The notes beneath the pieces are model-generated. The model saw only the letters and a program-made list of their open reading frames with translations, was not told the origin of the DNA and ran no database searches. Shown piece after piece: positions 24,011 through 37,430 of a stretch of DNA of 64,000 nt. Numbering within the stretch: position 1 is the stretch's first letter; each line of letters begins with the position of its first letter. This DNA is from Octopus sinensis (taxonomy: Eukaryota). The position numbers and the translations under genes are program-made. The stretch covers positions 31,496,001 through 31,560,000 of the forward strand of contig NC_043013.1 of the NCBI RefSeq assembly GCF_006345805.1, read 5' to 3'.

Positions 24011-24588
24011 ATATTAGTGTTCAATAGATAAATTACAAATTTAGAATTTAAATTTGCATTTATATATTATCACCGTAATTTCAGCAGAGTAAAATATATA
24101 CATATTTGCCGAACGTTTTTCTTCAAACGGCTGTAATTTTGAATAAAACTTGAAAGTGAATATTCTCAGGAAATATTCTAGATCTTCTTTACTTTTACTT
24201 CTCAAACTGCATGAGGAGAAATGTGTTTGCGGGTTATTAATATCACACCCTGGAGGAATGAAGGACAGGAGAATATCATCCAATTTATACAAAACTGTTT
24301 CATTAAACATTCTTTTCCTTTTTGCTTTTCTTTTTCCTTTCCTCATTTTTTTCTCTGTTCTCTTTTTCTTTTCGCCTGTTATAAAATTGAAACTTAAAGA
24401 TTGATGATGTCATTCATTCAGCATGTGGACACTGGTTGCTCTCGTCTATACTTTAAACTTAAATTCCTATAATTTTGAATTGTTATCACTTCTTAATTTG
24501 AACTAGAGAAAGACAGACTTACTGTCGAAATATCGTTCAACAAATAAAATATCTATTAACACGGTTCGTGCTCGTTGTTTTGACGACG

Positions 24589-24704
<116 letters not shown>

Positions 24705-24728
24705 TGATAATAATATAAATAATAATAA

Positions 24729-25284
24729 ATGCACTAATGCAGTACCAGACAGTGGCTCTCATGGCTCCTGATCTTAACTGATCGGAAGTGTTATCACGTA
24801 CATTTTTTCGTCTTGGTATAAAAGATGGGCTTCAGCAAATATTCTGCTCAATACCAAAGATTTGCATGTCAGTTGTTTGACCTTAACCAGTTGAGCATTT
24901 CCCTTAGTCTCTGATGATATGTGCATCTCTGATCACAAACACAACTAGTAGCATCATAGCCGTGTGTTGAAAGGAATTCTTAGAGGTGTGGTTAATTCCC
25001 GTTTGGAAATATGGATGGTTCGTTCAACATCCTTAAACAATCCTTATTCAAGGACCTTTTGAGTGGGATTGGGCTACACGACCAGAAAAGTATTCTAACT
25101 GGACCCCCACCTGCAAGGTTATGCGCCGTTTATCTTGATATGAGATCACCATGTCGCGCATATATAGTTGTGATGCATGTGCTTCGTGTACCCTTATAAA
25201 ACGGGTAGTCATGATGGTAATACTGGGCTTCGTATACTTTACTCCAGTGTCACTTTGATGGCATGCGCTGCTCTCTCACTCAAT
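24729..25284 (+). mobile_element. ~550-bp interspersed repeat flanked by (ACT)n(AAT)n (copy 2)
   Basis: Inverted relative to 15624-16092; (AAT)n on both sides. Confidence 0.85.
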
Positions 25285-25399
25285 AATAATAATAATACCA
25301 ACCTCAATGTAATAACACAGAAAACGAAACACAGATAAAGAAATTAATAACGCATCATCACATGAATTAAATAAGAAGTAAATAACTAGTAAATCTACC

Positions 25400-25433
<34 letters not shown>

Positions 25434-25597
25434 TGTATGTATGTATGTATGTATGTATGTATGCATCTATCTATCTATATATCTATCTATATACATATAT
25501 ATATATATATATCTGCCTGTTTGTCTTTATATATATATATATATATATATGCCCGTCTGTCTGTTTGTTCATTCATCCATCGATCATCTGTCTATCA

Positions 25598-25634
<37 letters not shown>

Positions 25635-26549
25635 CTATCTCTTTTTATCTATCTATGTATCTATATATATGAGGTGGAAGTGTTATAAATCAAGATGATC
25701 TTAATATAATTTGCTTTGATTTAAATGCAGCCTTTATTAGTAGTAAACTTTAATAATAAATATGAAAAAGGTCGTATCCTAACAACTTATATTTCTGTTT
25801 ATATTGTGTACGTGTCTTGTGACGTTTTCGCCCTATACGATATTTCATTTAAATCATAAATTATTAAAAGTAATCATATGAAGTACGGATTTCAAACAAT
25901 CTTGAATGTCCTAGAATTTTAATAAGATATATAATATAATTCAATAATTTGTGATATATGTACAAATTTCGTTGGGTGAAAATAATAAACATGCCAACAA
26001 ATGAAATGTTTTGAATTTCAAACACATATCACTTACAGAAATGCGATAATATATTAATGTAGTTTTCTTATAAATTGTGTTCAGATATCAGTTTTTAACT
26101 TTACAAAATACTTTGTGATATCATAAAAGAAGCTAATAAATTAAATAACTGCCATTTGTATATCTCATTGTGTATTAGATAAGAGAAATGAGTTGATATA
26201 TGAAACTTACACCCTATTGTGGTTAACACATCTATATTCCCCAAATTGTCTTCTTTCAAAGTATGCAATAATAATATGAGCCAGTTTTAAAAAATATATA
26301 ATTGCTATTATAATGGTGAACACAATATTACGATTTCATAAAATTTCATCATCTAGACACAATTTTAAAAATGTATGAAGATGAACTTATTTAAATTACA
26401 CAACTGGTTTTCAAAAATAGTGTTACGTTTCGCACAAGATCACAACACACACACACACACACACACATCATCATCTCAATATAGATGATACCTATACACC
26501 TACAAAACAGGGTCAGTTTAAATATCTTATTTAACAGGGACAGGCCAAG

Positions 26550-26724
26550 TGAAGAAGCTGATTACATCGACCCAAGTTCGTAACTGGTACTTAATTTATC
26601 GATCCCGAAAGGATGAAAGGCAATGTCGACCTCGGCGGAATTTGAACTCAGAACGTAACAGCAGACGAAATACCGCTAAGCATTTCGCCCGGCGTGCTAA
26701 CGTTTCTGCCAGCTCGCCGCCTTA
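26550..26724 (-). mobile_element. SINE family B
   Basis: Reverse complement aaggcggcgagctggcagaaacgttagcacgccgggcgaaatgc...gagttcaaattccgccgaggtcgac. Confidence 0.9.
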
Positions 26725-27194
26725 AATACCTACAAAATGGAACATTATTCATCAAGTGAACGCTGTATAACTGAAAAACGTAATATCATACACTCAACAG
26801 ACAACATCTTAACTATTAGTGATGAATCTTCTCTCCCTGCATACAGAAGCAATATTTCTCACTTAATCATTTCAAAAGAAGTACCACCACCTGCGCAGCT
26901 AACCCCACCAAAATAAATCTTTTCCTGACCGGGAGATTTGAATAAACATATCACACGAACTCCTCACAGAGAAGAAATATACTATCATGATGAACTACCT
27001 CATTACACAAGCATCGGGACTTCACATGCCCAGAACATATAATATAATCCGAATAGGTTTGCCACCCAACACAACTGATTGCCGAAAAGTCAAATTCAAG
27101 TGTGATAACAAACTCAAAAGTTGTCAGATGTCAGCGAAAGGTGGTGTTCCTAAATTTATTGTTTTCTTTACGGGGATCTCCGTGAACTCAATGA

Positions 27195-27334
27195 GACTTT
27201 GTGCTTTTATCCAAAACGGAGCTCGAAACGTTAAAGACTTGTTTTATTTATATTTCCTGAGCGCCATACTAATACAATTGTTTGTTTGTTTTCCACCTGC
27301 CTTCGTCTTTTGTCTATTTTCATAAAGCTTCCCG

Positions 27335-27335
<1 letters not shown>
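27195..27335 (+). mobile_element. (TA)n-associated element with the 3' half of a hammerhead (GCUC-GAAAC-GUU-AAAG)
   Basis: gctcgaaacgttaaag at 27221-27236; the 5' core has decayed. Homologous to 13690-13885. Confidence 0.55.
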
Positions 27336-27375
<40 letters not shown>

Positions 27376-28970
27376 AATGCGCACACACACATACACACAC
27401 ATGTAAGCAAGTTATTTTATTATTTTTATTAATAAATATATAAATTATATAACATATAATGTTACTTCGACAGTTTAGTATTTAACAAAGGCTGTCTGTC
27501 TCCTGACAACATAGCTTAAATTTTGAATTATTTTGAAATAATTATGTTTTATTTCCATTTAAACGTTATTTGTTTTTTTTTTACTCTTTTCTTTTTAAAA
27601 TTTCATTCTACCTTATTCTTCATTTTATATTATTACCCATTACATACTTACTGATCCATTAACACGTCACCCACACACAGAAATAAAATAAAAAAGTTCT
27701 TAGTTATTCTGCTTTCATGAACGGAAAGGTCAGCATGTAATATCTTGTGAAATATGTAATATCATGTGAAAGATCGGAGCGGCGGTGGAGATAAATATGG
27801 GCTTGCAAAATAACTCTGTCTCTATTCTGTCTGTAGAAAATTTAACTTTCGTATCCAAAAATTCAATGCTAGTTTTTGAAAAAAACTAAACGCTAATTTT
27901 ATGTTGGACTTCAAGCAATAGTTTTTTGCATAACAGTCACAGAATTGCAAGAAGTTCATTAAACGATCATTAGAAGAACATACCTTTTCAAGGACACGCA
28001 AAATCTCCTTAATGTCTGCACCAAGCAACATTGATTTTGAACGATAGCGTTCAATGATAGCTTCCATTATGTTAAATGAATTACTCTCACCAATTAGTTT
28101 AAACTTTTAAAGCAATAAATCATTAGGCTTTGATGCACACATTGGTATATTTGATTTAAGACCGTCCGATATGACTTTTTCTTGTTTGCATGTTTCCAGA
28201 AATGATAAATGGCTTTTGATTTTAGCACGGAAACGATTAAGTTTTTAACTGATAGAAATGTTGATTTCAGCAATTTCTGATTCGTATTTGAATGGTACAA
28301 AGTCCATTGGCCCAGCATTGGGCTGTACACTGGGACCTAGCGAAGCTAACAGGGCTGACAAGCCAACTGTAAGAAGGTATAAAATGCAAAAACAATAATT
28401 TACATTACGATTTTCCTTTGACATCCAACTGCTTTGGTAAATTCCAGTATTTCTATATGATACAATTCTTATTCTGTGTAGCGTTTAAAGGCTACATATT
28501 ATGCGGTCAAATCCGAAATCCCATTTTTTTAAGGATAAAACGGATTTGTAATAAACATAGGGGATTACTGGAAACATTCAAATGCTTTTGTACATCATTA
28601 TAACGAACGAGGTTACAGTGAATCGCGATTAAAGGAAATAGCGTAATTTTAGCATACACAGTACAGAAATTTCAGAAATTTGACAGAAAGATGACAGAAA
28701 TTTCAAAGGTATTTCAAATATCTTGCATGAAAGTTACCTGCATGTGGCAAAAAAAAATCGTTTTTTCAAACAGATATTTCTTCAGCTGCCTATTGTAGCC
28801 CTTAGACGTTGGCTGCTCTCGTTTTTACTTTAAATTTAAATTTCTATAATTTTTAATTTTACCATTTCTTATTTTGAGCTTCACAAAGACAGGCTTGTTG
28901 TCGGAATATCTTTCAACCAATAAATATCTATTGCAATCGCATCACGCTCTTCGTCTTGTCTATTATTATA

Positions 28971-29014
<44 letters not shown>

Positions 29015-30000
29015 CGTCAACATCATCATCATCATCATCATCACTATTATTATTATGTTTTTCTGCGTCGTTTATTCAGAGAAGTTGCCTAAATTTAATA
29101 TAATATGTAATTATTATATTCAAAAAATGCTAAAATATTACGCCGTTTGTATCTTCCAAGGTACATTTCAATATAAATTGCTTTTGTTTCTTCTTCAAAT
29201 TAGAAAAGATGAATTAAATAAAAGACAATGAATATAACAACAAATACTGTGTACAAACACACTCCAGAAGACACCATCTGTGTGTTTATCTTCTCATTGT
29301 CATGTACACTGCACCGAAGCCTATATCAGACTGCATCTCGTGCATGTTTGAATGCATTTGTCCATCTCGCTCGTTTGTTTATGTTGTAAGGTGATAGGTT
29401 TAATAGCATACGCATACATTAACCGTCAAAGTTTTGGCTTTTCGTTACTCATACACCACTGCATTAACTGAGACACATAACGCAAATTATTTGTCGAGAT
29501 CATGGGACGCATGTCATAATTCCTTCAGTAAATTCAGATCAGTCATGTGCTTAGATATTATCCTCTTTCTCAAAATATTCATTAGATCATTATTCCCTTC
29601 GATAAATGGGAGTGTTTTAACACCAGAATATATCTCACATTTCTAATTACTTGCGCTTCTAATTCTAGTATATGAGAAATATTTTCTAAAGCTCACAACT
29701 TTCTGTTTTGTCGTATTCAGCGTAATCGGAAGTATGCGTCTTTGGTTCATACCGTCATCTGTCATTGACTTGAACTGCAAGAAAGATTTCAGACAAAGTT
29801 GGCATAAGAACACAATGGCAATTTCATCGTTTAAGCATTACTTCCAACTTCGAGATCCTAATAGCAAAATTCTAATCGTGTCCTTCCGCACTACGCGTCA
29901 ACAAAACTGTCACCGGCTTAGAAAATCATTAATTTGTGTTACTGGGATGTGGATCCCGTCATTTACAAGTTGTATCAATCTTCATTGTATAATAGTCAGG

Positions 30001-30039
<39 letters not shown>

Positions 30040-30162
30040 CTAAAACCTCATTTACACACACATAGCTTCTCTGACTAGAAAATAGATGCCTTTCCGAAAT
30101 AGCACCCTGAGTGTGTATGGTGTCATTCATCAATACCAATGCACATTCCTGAATAATATATT

Positions 30163-30385
30163 AGGGCGGCGAGGTGGCAGAATCGTTAGGATACCGGGAG
30201 AAAGGCTTAGTGGTATTTCGTTGGCCGATACGTCCTGTGTTCAAATTCCGCCGAGCTCGACTTTGCTTTTCATACTTTCGGAGTGATTAAATAAGTACCA
30301 GTTACGCACTGGGGTCAATGAAATCGACTTAATCCCTTTGTCTCTCCTTGCTTACCACCTCTAAGTTTAGTAACCTGTAGGCAAT
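30163..30385 (+). mobile_element. SINE family B
   Basis: ggcggcgaggtggcagaatcgttag...gtgttcaaattccgccgag..aagtaccagttacgcactgggg. Confidence 0.85.
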
Positions 30386-30789
30386 AAAAAAATAAATATA
30401 AAGAAAATATTCAAGCTACAATACAATCTTTCCTGTCAAAATGTCCACACAAGCAAAATTTTCAGCGTCTTACCAAGCCTGTCCTTGTGTAGCACATCGA
30501 TTCTAGACAGTAGTCTATTTGCGTACTGCCATAAAGGGAAAGATTGGTTATTTGTTGTCACATTTCGTCAGCCCTGTTAGAGCAGATATACGCTTAAAAG
30601 CATTCTAATCATGGCCATTACTACTTCTTCAAACTGATTACATTAAATAAAGTATGCTTTATTTTAAACAGTCTGATGTAGAACAGTCTGAGGAAGAATC
30701 GGTTACTATATCTAAAATGTTACTTCGGTTTCTTTAGTTCTGCTTTGCAGTTGTTGTGTAAGATATGGTTTTTGCTTAATTTGTGTTAA

Positions 30790-31043
30790 TCCTTAGACTG
30801 CAGCCATGGTGGGTCACCGCCTTGAAGAATGTAAATCGATCGAATCAACCCCGCTACTTCTTTTCTTGTATTCTATCAGTTTCTTTTACTGTACCGCTAT
30901 GTTACGGGAACGAAAATCATCAACATTATTGTCAAATGATGGTAGGTGACAAACACAGACACAATCACGCATGCGCGCACGCATACACAAACACGCACAC
31001 ACATATACATATATAATACATGTGTAAGTATATACATAGATAT

Positions 31044-31101
<58 letters not shown>

Positions 31102-31106
31102 GGATG

Positions 31107-31185
<79 letters not shown>

Positions 31186-31500
31186 GGATGGATGGATGGA
31201 TATATGGATAGATAAATAGATAGATACACATAATGTGGCTATGGTCGTTTTGACTGCTTCTTCTTGTGTGTAAAATTACCTGATATAAGGTAGTTTCTAT
31301 TGTGTTTAAATGTACACTATCATATATATATATCTATATATATATGTACGACTGGCTTGTTTCAGTTTCCGTCTCAAATCCACTCACAAGACCTTGGTCA
31401 GCCAAAGGCTATGGTAGAGAACAATTGGCCAGTTTGCTACGCAATGCTACAGACCCTAGAACCATGTTGCTCGGAAGGAAACTTCTTGCAACACAGCCAC
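30790..31500 (-). mobile_element. Degenerate SINE family A with an expanded internal (GATA)n tract
   Basis: Tail remnant about 30790-30960, head remnant about 31345-31500. Confidence 0.6.
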
Positions 31501-32135
31501 ACCAATGCCTCTGCGCGCACGCGTGTACGTCTGTGTCTGTGATTGTGTGTGTGTGTGTGTGTGCTTGTGTGTGAAATATGTTTTCTCCATCGTTATTCAA
31601 TTGAGTGTACTAACTTAAATGTGTCTGTTTTCCAGAAATGATATCCCCTGTGATAATTTTTCTGAATGTTTCAAAACAAATTGTCTGCTAACTTCTGTAG
31701 TAGCCTATTCAATATATAAGAACAGTCCCTATGCTCATCTTATTAACGTAAAGCTGTTACAGATGTGTAGTTAGGTAAAGTTACTTATTACACTATATAC
31801 CAATCTTTAAAATGCTTACACAAACTATTGTGAAATATTAACGTTCGGAATATAGATATTATCAGCGTCGAATTGTTGTGTCGTCTATTGATTTTCTGCA
31901 TCATTCCAAATGTAGCGTAATCCATGCGTCTGCTTAAACTTTTCACAGAAATATATACAATATATGTATTGGATACTCATTTCTTATTTGTAGCTATACA
32001 ACTCAGCACACACGAACACAAACATACACACACACACTCACACATACACAAGTGATCATGCATGCATATACACACATACATACACACATATATGTGCTAA
32101 TACAAACGTGCACACATACATATACACAAACATAT

Positions 32136-32900
32136 GGGTATCAAAAAGTAACTGCAAATGTCCTTTGTGAGAAAAACCAGTGGTAGCATAAACTTCATCC
32201 GCTAGAACCCAACTGATGCCTCACTTAGGGATAGGTCTGCACATCGGCTTGGCCTATGGGGTCATATTTCCGAGTGGTGCGCCTTTGCTTTGCAGTGATT
32301 CTCTACTGTTCGTCGATTGTTGCAATGCCTGACAGAAGAACCTGCGTGCTTCCGTGATATCTTGTTTTCTGCTGGGGAAAACGGTAAACGAAGCAGTTCT
32401 CATGCTTCAAACAGCTTACAAGAATGCTGCTATGAGAAGCAAAATACGAGTAGTTTTTGCGCTTTAGGAAATCGTCACTTGACGCTGGAAGAGCACTCTT
32501 GCTCAGGATGTTCAACAAGCTCCCGAACGAATGAAAACATCATGAAAATTCATGAACTGACCTTGGAGGACCGTCTCCGAACAATTGACAAAGTTGTAGG
32601 TCCTGGTGCTGTGTTCTGGTGCGCCTGCAAACAATTTGCTTGCTCACGGAAGATCAAAATCAGTCATGACTGAATGCGTGTCGTGAACAGAAACAGCAGT
32701 TTGAAGTTGATCAGGACATTTTTTCGAAGCTCATCACTGGTGACAAAAGCTGGGGCATCGGAATTTGCAGATTTGTAAGAGGTCAGCACTGTTTCGAATA
32801 ATGGAAAATAAGCCTGAACCGAGGCATTGCTTCAAATGGAAAATAATTTCAAGGAGATAACTGTGTAAACATGTAAAACTAAGCGAATAAACTAATATTG
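32136..32900 (+). mobile_element. Mariner transposon relic (internally deleted)
   Basis: HTH-like FLLGKTVNEAVLMLQTAY.. and SGCSTSSRTNENIMKIHELTLEDRLRTI; ITGDKSW (DDD first-Asp motif) at about 32735-32755. Confidence 0.8.
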
Positions 32901-33080
32901 CAAAATTCTTGTTTGTTTCGCCGTCGTACATATATACATGCATACATACATACACATACATATAATTATGCTTATGTCTGTATATGTTTATATAAATATG
33001 AACATGCATGTAAATGCATGTTCATTTGTATTGCATATGTATGTGTGTACCTATCCATTTATTAGTCTGTAATACATAGA

Positions 33081-33115
<35 letters not shown>

Positions 33116-33119
33116 ATAT

Positions 33120-33164
<45 letters not shown>

Positions 33165-33172
33165 ATATATAT

Positions 33173-33453
33173 AGTTACTGTTAATAACATTGGTATGCTA
33201 CATACCGTTACTTAATAAGTTGAAAAATGCATAGTAAATAAACATCGGCAGATAAAATACGTATACGTATCCAACCGGGCAGGAGTTAGATACTGAGGGT
33301 TCCTAATTTTTTATCACAGGCGTCGCAACTGACCGTCTGTTCGAAGGATTATTTATCTAAATCCACTGGAATAGATCCACTGGTTTTCAAATATACAAAT
33401 ATTATTATATTTATGTCTCTACAAAGGAGACTACGGCAGCGGTACTGGATACT
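33173..33453 (-). mobile_element. (TA)n-abutting element, inverted homologue of 36208-36483
   Basis: About 280 bp of close reverse-complement similarity (e.g. ctctacaaaggagactacggcagcggtactggatact). Confidence 0.88.
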
Positions 33454-34191
33454 GGATGTATGTATACATCTTGAATCTTGAGTCACTCGCTTGATATTAA
33501 CAAAACTATACCTCTGCTCACATTGTGAGTTCTATTTCCCCTGCTCACATCAATATACCTGCATATATAAATATATATATATATTTACATATACACATAG
33601 CAAGGTTTCTGAAGGTGAACCGTAAGCGAATAGCTAAATATATAGTTTTGTCTGATCTCATTTTGCAGGTGTGCAAATCATGACTACTGCTGTGTCTAAA
33701 CTTCCAAATACAACATTGCCTAATGCAGGAATCGATTAAGTTATCGTGAAAAAAAAACAATCGATATTCAAAACAAAAATCGCTAATGGACTTAGACACT
33801 TTAAGAAATTTCCTAAAATTGCTAAACAAACACTTTACCAAATACTCCCGGAAAGTTGTTATAAACGGCACTCTCTGAAATCTAATAGTTACGTGACCGG
33901 ATTCTTGATTAAAGTAAAATAATGCATATGTTCAAAACCTATATGTTACGTATATACGTATCATTCATTAAAACAACATAAAGAGGATTCGTGTCAGCAC
34001 GTAATCTATAAAATTACTGATACAACTAAATCCACCTACATGGTTTTCCATATTATGTACACATGCAGACACACATATATAGACACGCAGATACATATAC
34101 ATACCCTATTACACACATAAAGGCGTATACACACACGTATATCTATATATATATCTATATATCTATCTATCTATCTATCTATCTATATATA

Positions 34192-34236
<45 letters not shown>

Positions 34237-34370
34237 ATAAATATTAGGGAATAAATCCAAATTTACAGGGAAAAAAATCAGATTTAGGATTAAATCCAAT
34301 TTTATAGTAAAATATTATAAAATATTATTAGAGACAAAACCACTATTTTAATAAATAGTCAAAAAAACCG

Positions 34371-34413
34371 CCACTACAATCGTTTCTTGTCTTGATCGAC
34401 AATCTTCAGGTGG
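34371..34413 (-). ncRNA. Minimal type I hammerhead ribozyme
   Basis: Minus strand: CCAC-CUGAAGA-UUGUC(GAUCAA)GACAA-GAAA-CGAUUG-UA|GUGG. Enclosed by a perfect 32-bp inverted repeat 34318-34349 / 34476-34507. Confidence 0.82.
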
Positions 34414-34499
34414 ACTTCCAATAAGTCAGTTTCATAATTTTATGTATTGATTAAGTCTTTCCTTGTTTGTTTTGCAAAATAGTGGTTTTGTCTCTAATA

Positions 34500-34530
<31 letters not shown>

Positions 34531-34574
34531 GTTTCTATATTCACGCGTATATATCTGTGTATATATGTAAGTCA

Positions 34575-35200
34575 TTATTCAGTCTTACTTCGATATTTCT
34601 TGCTAACAGAGAGAGCCGGTTTCTAACGTTGACCCAAGACCCCTTCACTGGAATTTCAGCAATATTAACAGGCTATTTTTGCATGCATGTACATAAGTAT
34701 GTATACGTGCATATTTGTATGTTTTTTATGCATGTCTTCTCATGATGGATTAGATCTGTAGTCTTCGAATCAGGTTTCTCCTTTCTAAATTGAGAAGCTT
34801 AATTTATCAAGATTGATATTTAGGCAGTGTGCCAAATATTCTAGTGCCTAAATAGTTACAGCTATAAACCCGAACTTGTAATCTGGATAAAGTGACTGTA
34901 AATTTCTCAATATTTCAGTGTAGGTATTTTCTTTTCCGTTGATCTTTACCATTATATTAACATTCGTTAGACAGCTGATTTCTATAACTATACGCCGTTT
35001 CTTTTCTTTATTCCAAATCATGTAAGGTCTATTTTATTAACATTTTATTGAGGTTTTCAATAGAACCTTCTATCAGTGCTCCTTTTATTATGAGTGGCTA
35101 TGTCTTCCACCATACTGTGGGCTCTTGCTAGTATGTACGTATGTTTCATCTGTGGTGGTGTTAGTTTCAGCCATAATCGTGTTAGCGAGATTCCCTGTGG
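34575..35200 (-). mobile_element. R4/Dong-type non-LTR 3' fragment (restriction-like endonuclease relic and 3' UTR)
   Basis: Minus strand: KNRPYMIWNK..IVIEISCLTNVNIMVKINGKENTYTEILRNLQSLYPDYKF (PD..E..K REL pattern). Confidence 0.75.
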
Positions 35201-35481
35201 TGTAGATGTATATTTTAAAATCTGTTCAGGATAACGCTACTTTGGTGGGTAAAAAGTGTTTTTCTTATTAATTATTCGAGAAATAAACCTGTTACCGAGT
35301 TAGCCTGGAGGAGTCGGCATATTTTTAGTTGAAGGCGTTCAAAGCGGAATTTTTAAACAGTCCTCTACACCTGCACGTCCGATGTTGACAGCGCCATTAT
35401 ATATATATATATATATATATATATAAGAAATATTGAATTCCTAAATCTCTCGTAGAGACATGTACGGTGGTGGGGCGATAG

Positions 35482-35867
35482 AATGGTTGTATACTGTCAA
35501 TCTAACAAGAACGTGACGGTAGGGGGTACACCACCGTTTTATAGCCCTAGGAGGCATCGAACGCCTCCTGACAGCTTCGACACGTTTTTTCCCTGTGTCC
35601 TTATATACATATATGAAGGGGAGACAAACACCCCCGGCCGTCGGAACTGCATCTAGGGACACCGATGAAGGACAATGATCCTGAAACACGGTGTCCCTAG
35701 ATGCAGTTCCGACGGTCGGGGGTGTTTGTCTCCCCTTCATATATGTATATAACGACACAGGGAAAAAATGTGTCGAAGCTGTCATGAGGCGTTCGATGCC
35801 TCCTAGGGCTATACAACGGTGGTGTACCCCCTACTGTCAAGTTCTTGTTAGATTGACAGTATACAAC

Positions 35868-35871
<4 letters not shown>
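35482..35871. repeat. 183-bp near-perfect fold-back with a 24-nt loop that carries a hammerhead-like core; lies between (TA)n tracts
   Basis: Arms 35482-35664 / 35689-35871. Apex GGGACA-CCGAUGA-AGGA(CAAUGA)UCCU-GAAAC-A. Confidence 0.9.
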
Positions 35872-35914
<43 letters not shown>

Positions 35915-35925
35915 TATATACATAC

Positions 35926-35967
<42 letters not shown>

Positions 35968-36054
35968 TATATGTGTGTGTGTGTATGTATGTATGTATGT
36001 ATGTATGTATGTATATATATATATATATATTATTATTATTATTATTATTTCTAA

Positions 36055-36480
36055 CTGTCTGAAGGAGACTACGGCAGCAGTACTGGATATTAATAGTTAT
36101 CGCCAAGCTGAATGATAGTCCATAAATATAGGACGAAAGCTGCCGTTGATTAGCTCCAACAGGTCATCGCCTCTAGCGATGCCATATGAACTTGGCGGTA
36201 ATTATTAGTATCCAGTACCGCTGCCGTAGTCTCCTTTGTAGAGACATAAAAATAATATTTCTATATTTGAAAACCAGTGGATCTATTCCACTGGATTGAG
36301 ATAAATAATCCTTCGAACAGACGGTCAGTAGCGAAGCCTGTGATGAAAAATTGGGACCCTCAGTTCCTAACCCCTGTCCGGCTGGATACGTATGCGTATT
36401 TTATCTGCCGATGTTTATTTACTATGCATTTTTCAACTTATTAAGTAACGGTATGTAGCACACCAATGTTATTAATAGTA

Positions 36481-36483
<3 letters not shown>
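36055..36483 (+). mobile_element. (TA)n-abutting element with a 46-bp stem closing a hammerhead-like multi-way junction
   Basis: Stem 36062-36107 / 36192-36237. Inside: CUGAAUGAUA-GUCC/GGAC-GAA-AGCUG/UAGCU-C. Confidence 0.7.
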
Positions 36484-36511
<28 letters not shown>

Positions 36512-36689
36512 CTGCTGTTGACAGATGATCCGTAGCCCGCCTTCTTTCATTCTCTTCTTTCTTCACACTGGGCGCCCAGTAATCCGGTCGCCAAAAATTT
36601 CTCTGACTTGTTATATGCCGTTTTCTATATCCTTCGGGATTTCTACTAAGCGTTACCCAACATCCTTGTCTTTTGAGCCCTAACCCTAT

Positions 36690-37430
36690 CTTGCTCCTAT
36701 TTATTTCGTGTTTGAAGAAGATTTGATTTGGTTTATCTCCAACGAGAAAAATTTCGATCAAAAATTCAACAGAAAAAATGACAGAGGGTTATATGCAGAA
36801 CTTTCTGATGTTCCAAGTGTTATGCATACAAAATTTCCTGCAACTGTTATGGTTTTAGGATTTGTCAGCAATGAAGGACATGTGATGCCTCCTTACTTCT
36901 TTCTACAAAACCTTGGAGTTAACTCTGTCGCCTACTTTGTGCTCCTGGAAATAGCTGTTAAGCCCTGGATAGACAGTGTATGCAATCGAAGGCTATATTT
37001 GTTTTAGTAAGACTCTGCACTATCACACATGGCTCTAGTAACGCGGAAATGTGTAGCTGAAAATTTTCATGATCACATAACCCCTAACATTTGGCCTCCT
37101 AATACCCCAGATCTCAATCCATTGGGCTATTACATGTGGAGCGTTGTTGGTAGAGAGGTAAATGAACACGCCCATAACACCAAGAAATCTATGAAAGCTA
37201 CCATAGTCAGAGTAATGTCCAAAATGAACCAGACCACTTGATTCGAGCATGTAGATGATTTAGATCTCGTGTAGAAGTAGATGCTGAGCTGAAGGTGCTT
37301 TATTGAATAACATTATAGAGAAGAAGGTTTATTTAAATACTCATAGCGTTTTTTGATAAATAAAGTTATATGTTATTACATGTTCGTTTCTTTTTTTATA
37401 AATATAAATATGTCCTCAAATATCTTCGAA
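36690..37430 (+). mobile_element. Tc1/mariner-superfamily DD37D (maT-like) transposase relic
   Basis: SNEKNF..VMHTKFPATVMVLGFVSNEGHVMPP..VKPWI..; *DSALSH..WPPNTPDLNPLGYYMW (catalytic Asp motifs decayed). Confidence 0.85.

Noticed and set aside
24905-24960. CTGATGA inside the (AAT)n-flanked repeat
   Set aside because: No GAAA or pairing arms; the other copy reads TTGACGA at this position.
27822-28330. Two minus-strand ORFs (81 and 78 aa) that might be a transposase relic
   Set aside because: No motif that I can assign.
28746-28790. Minus-strand GGCAG-CUGAAGA..GAAA..UUGCC
   Set aside because: Stem II is only 2 A-U pairs and stem III is a homopolymer run; likely chance in AT-rich DNA.
33655-33740. 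Strong-looking acceptor ttttgcag|G followed by a short frame ending in a stop
   Set aside because: Only about 23 codons and no supporting neighbouring exons.
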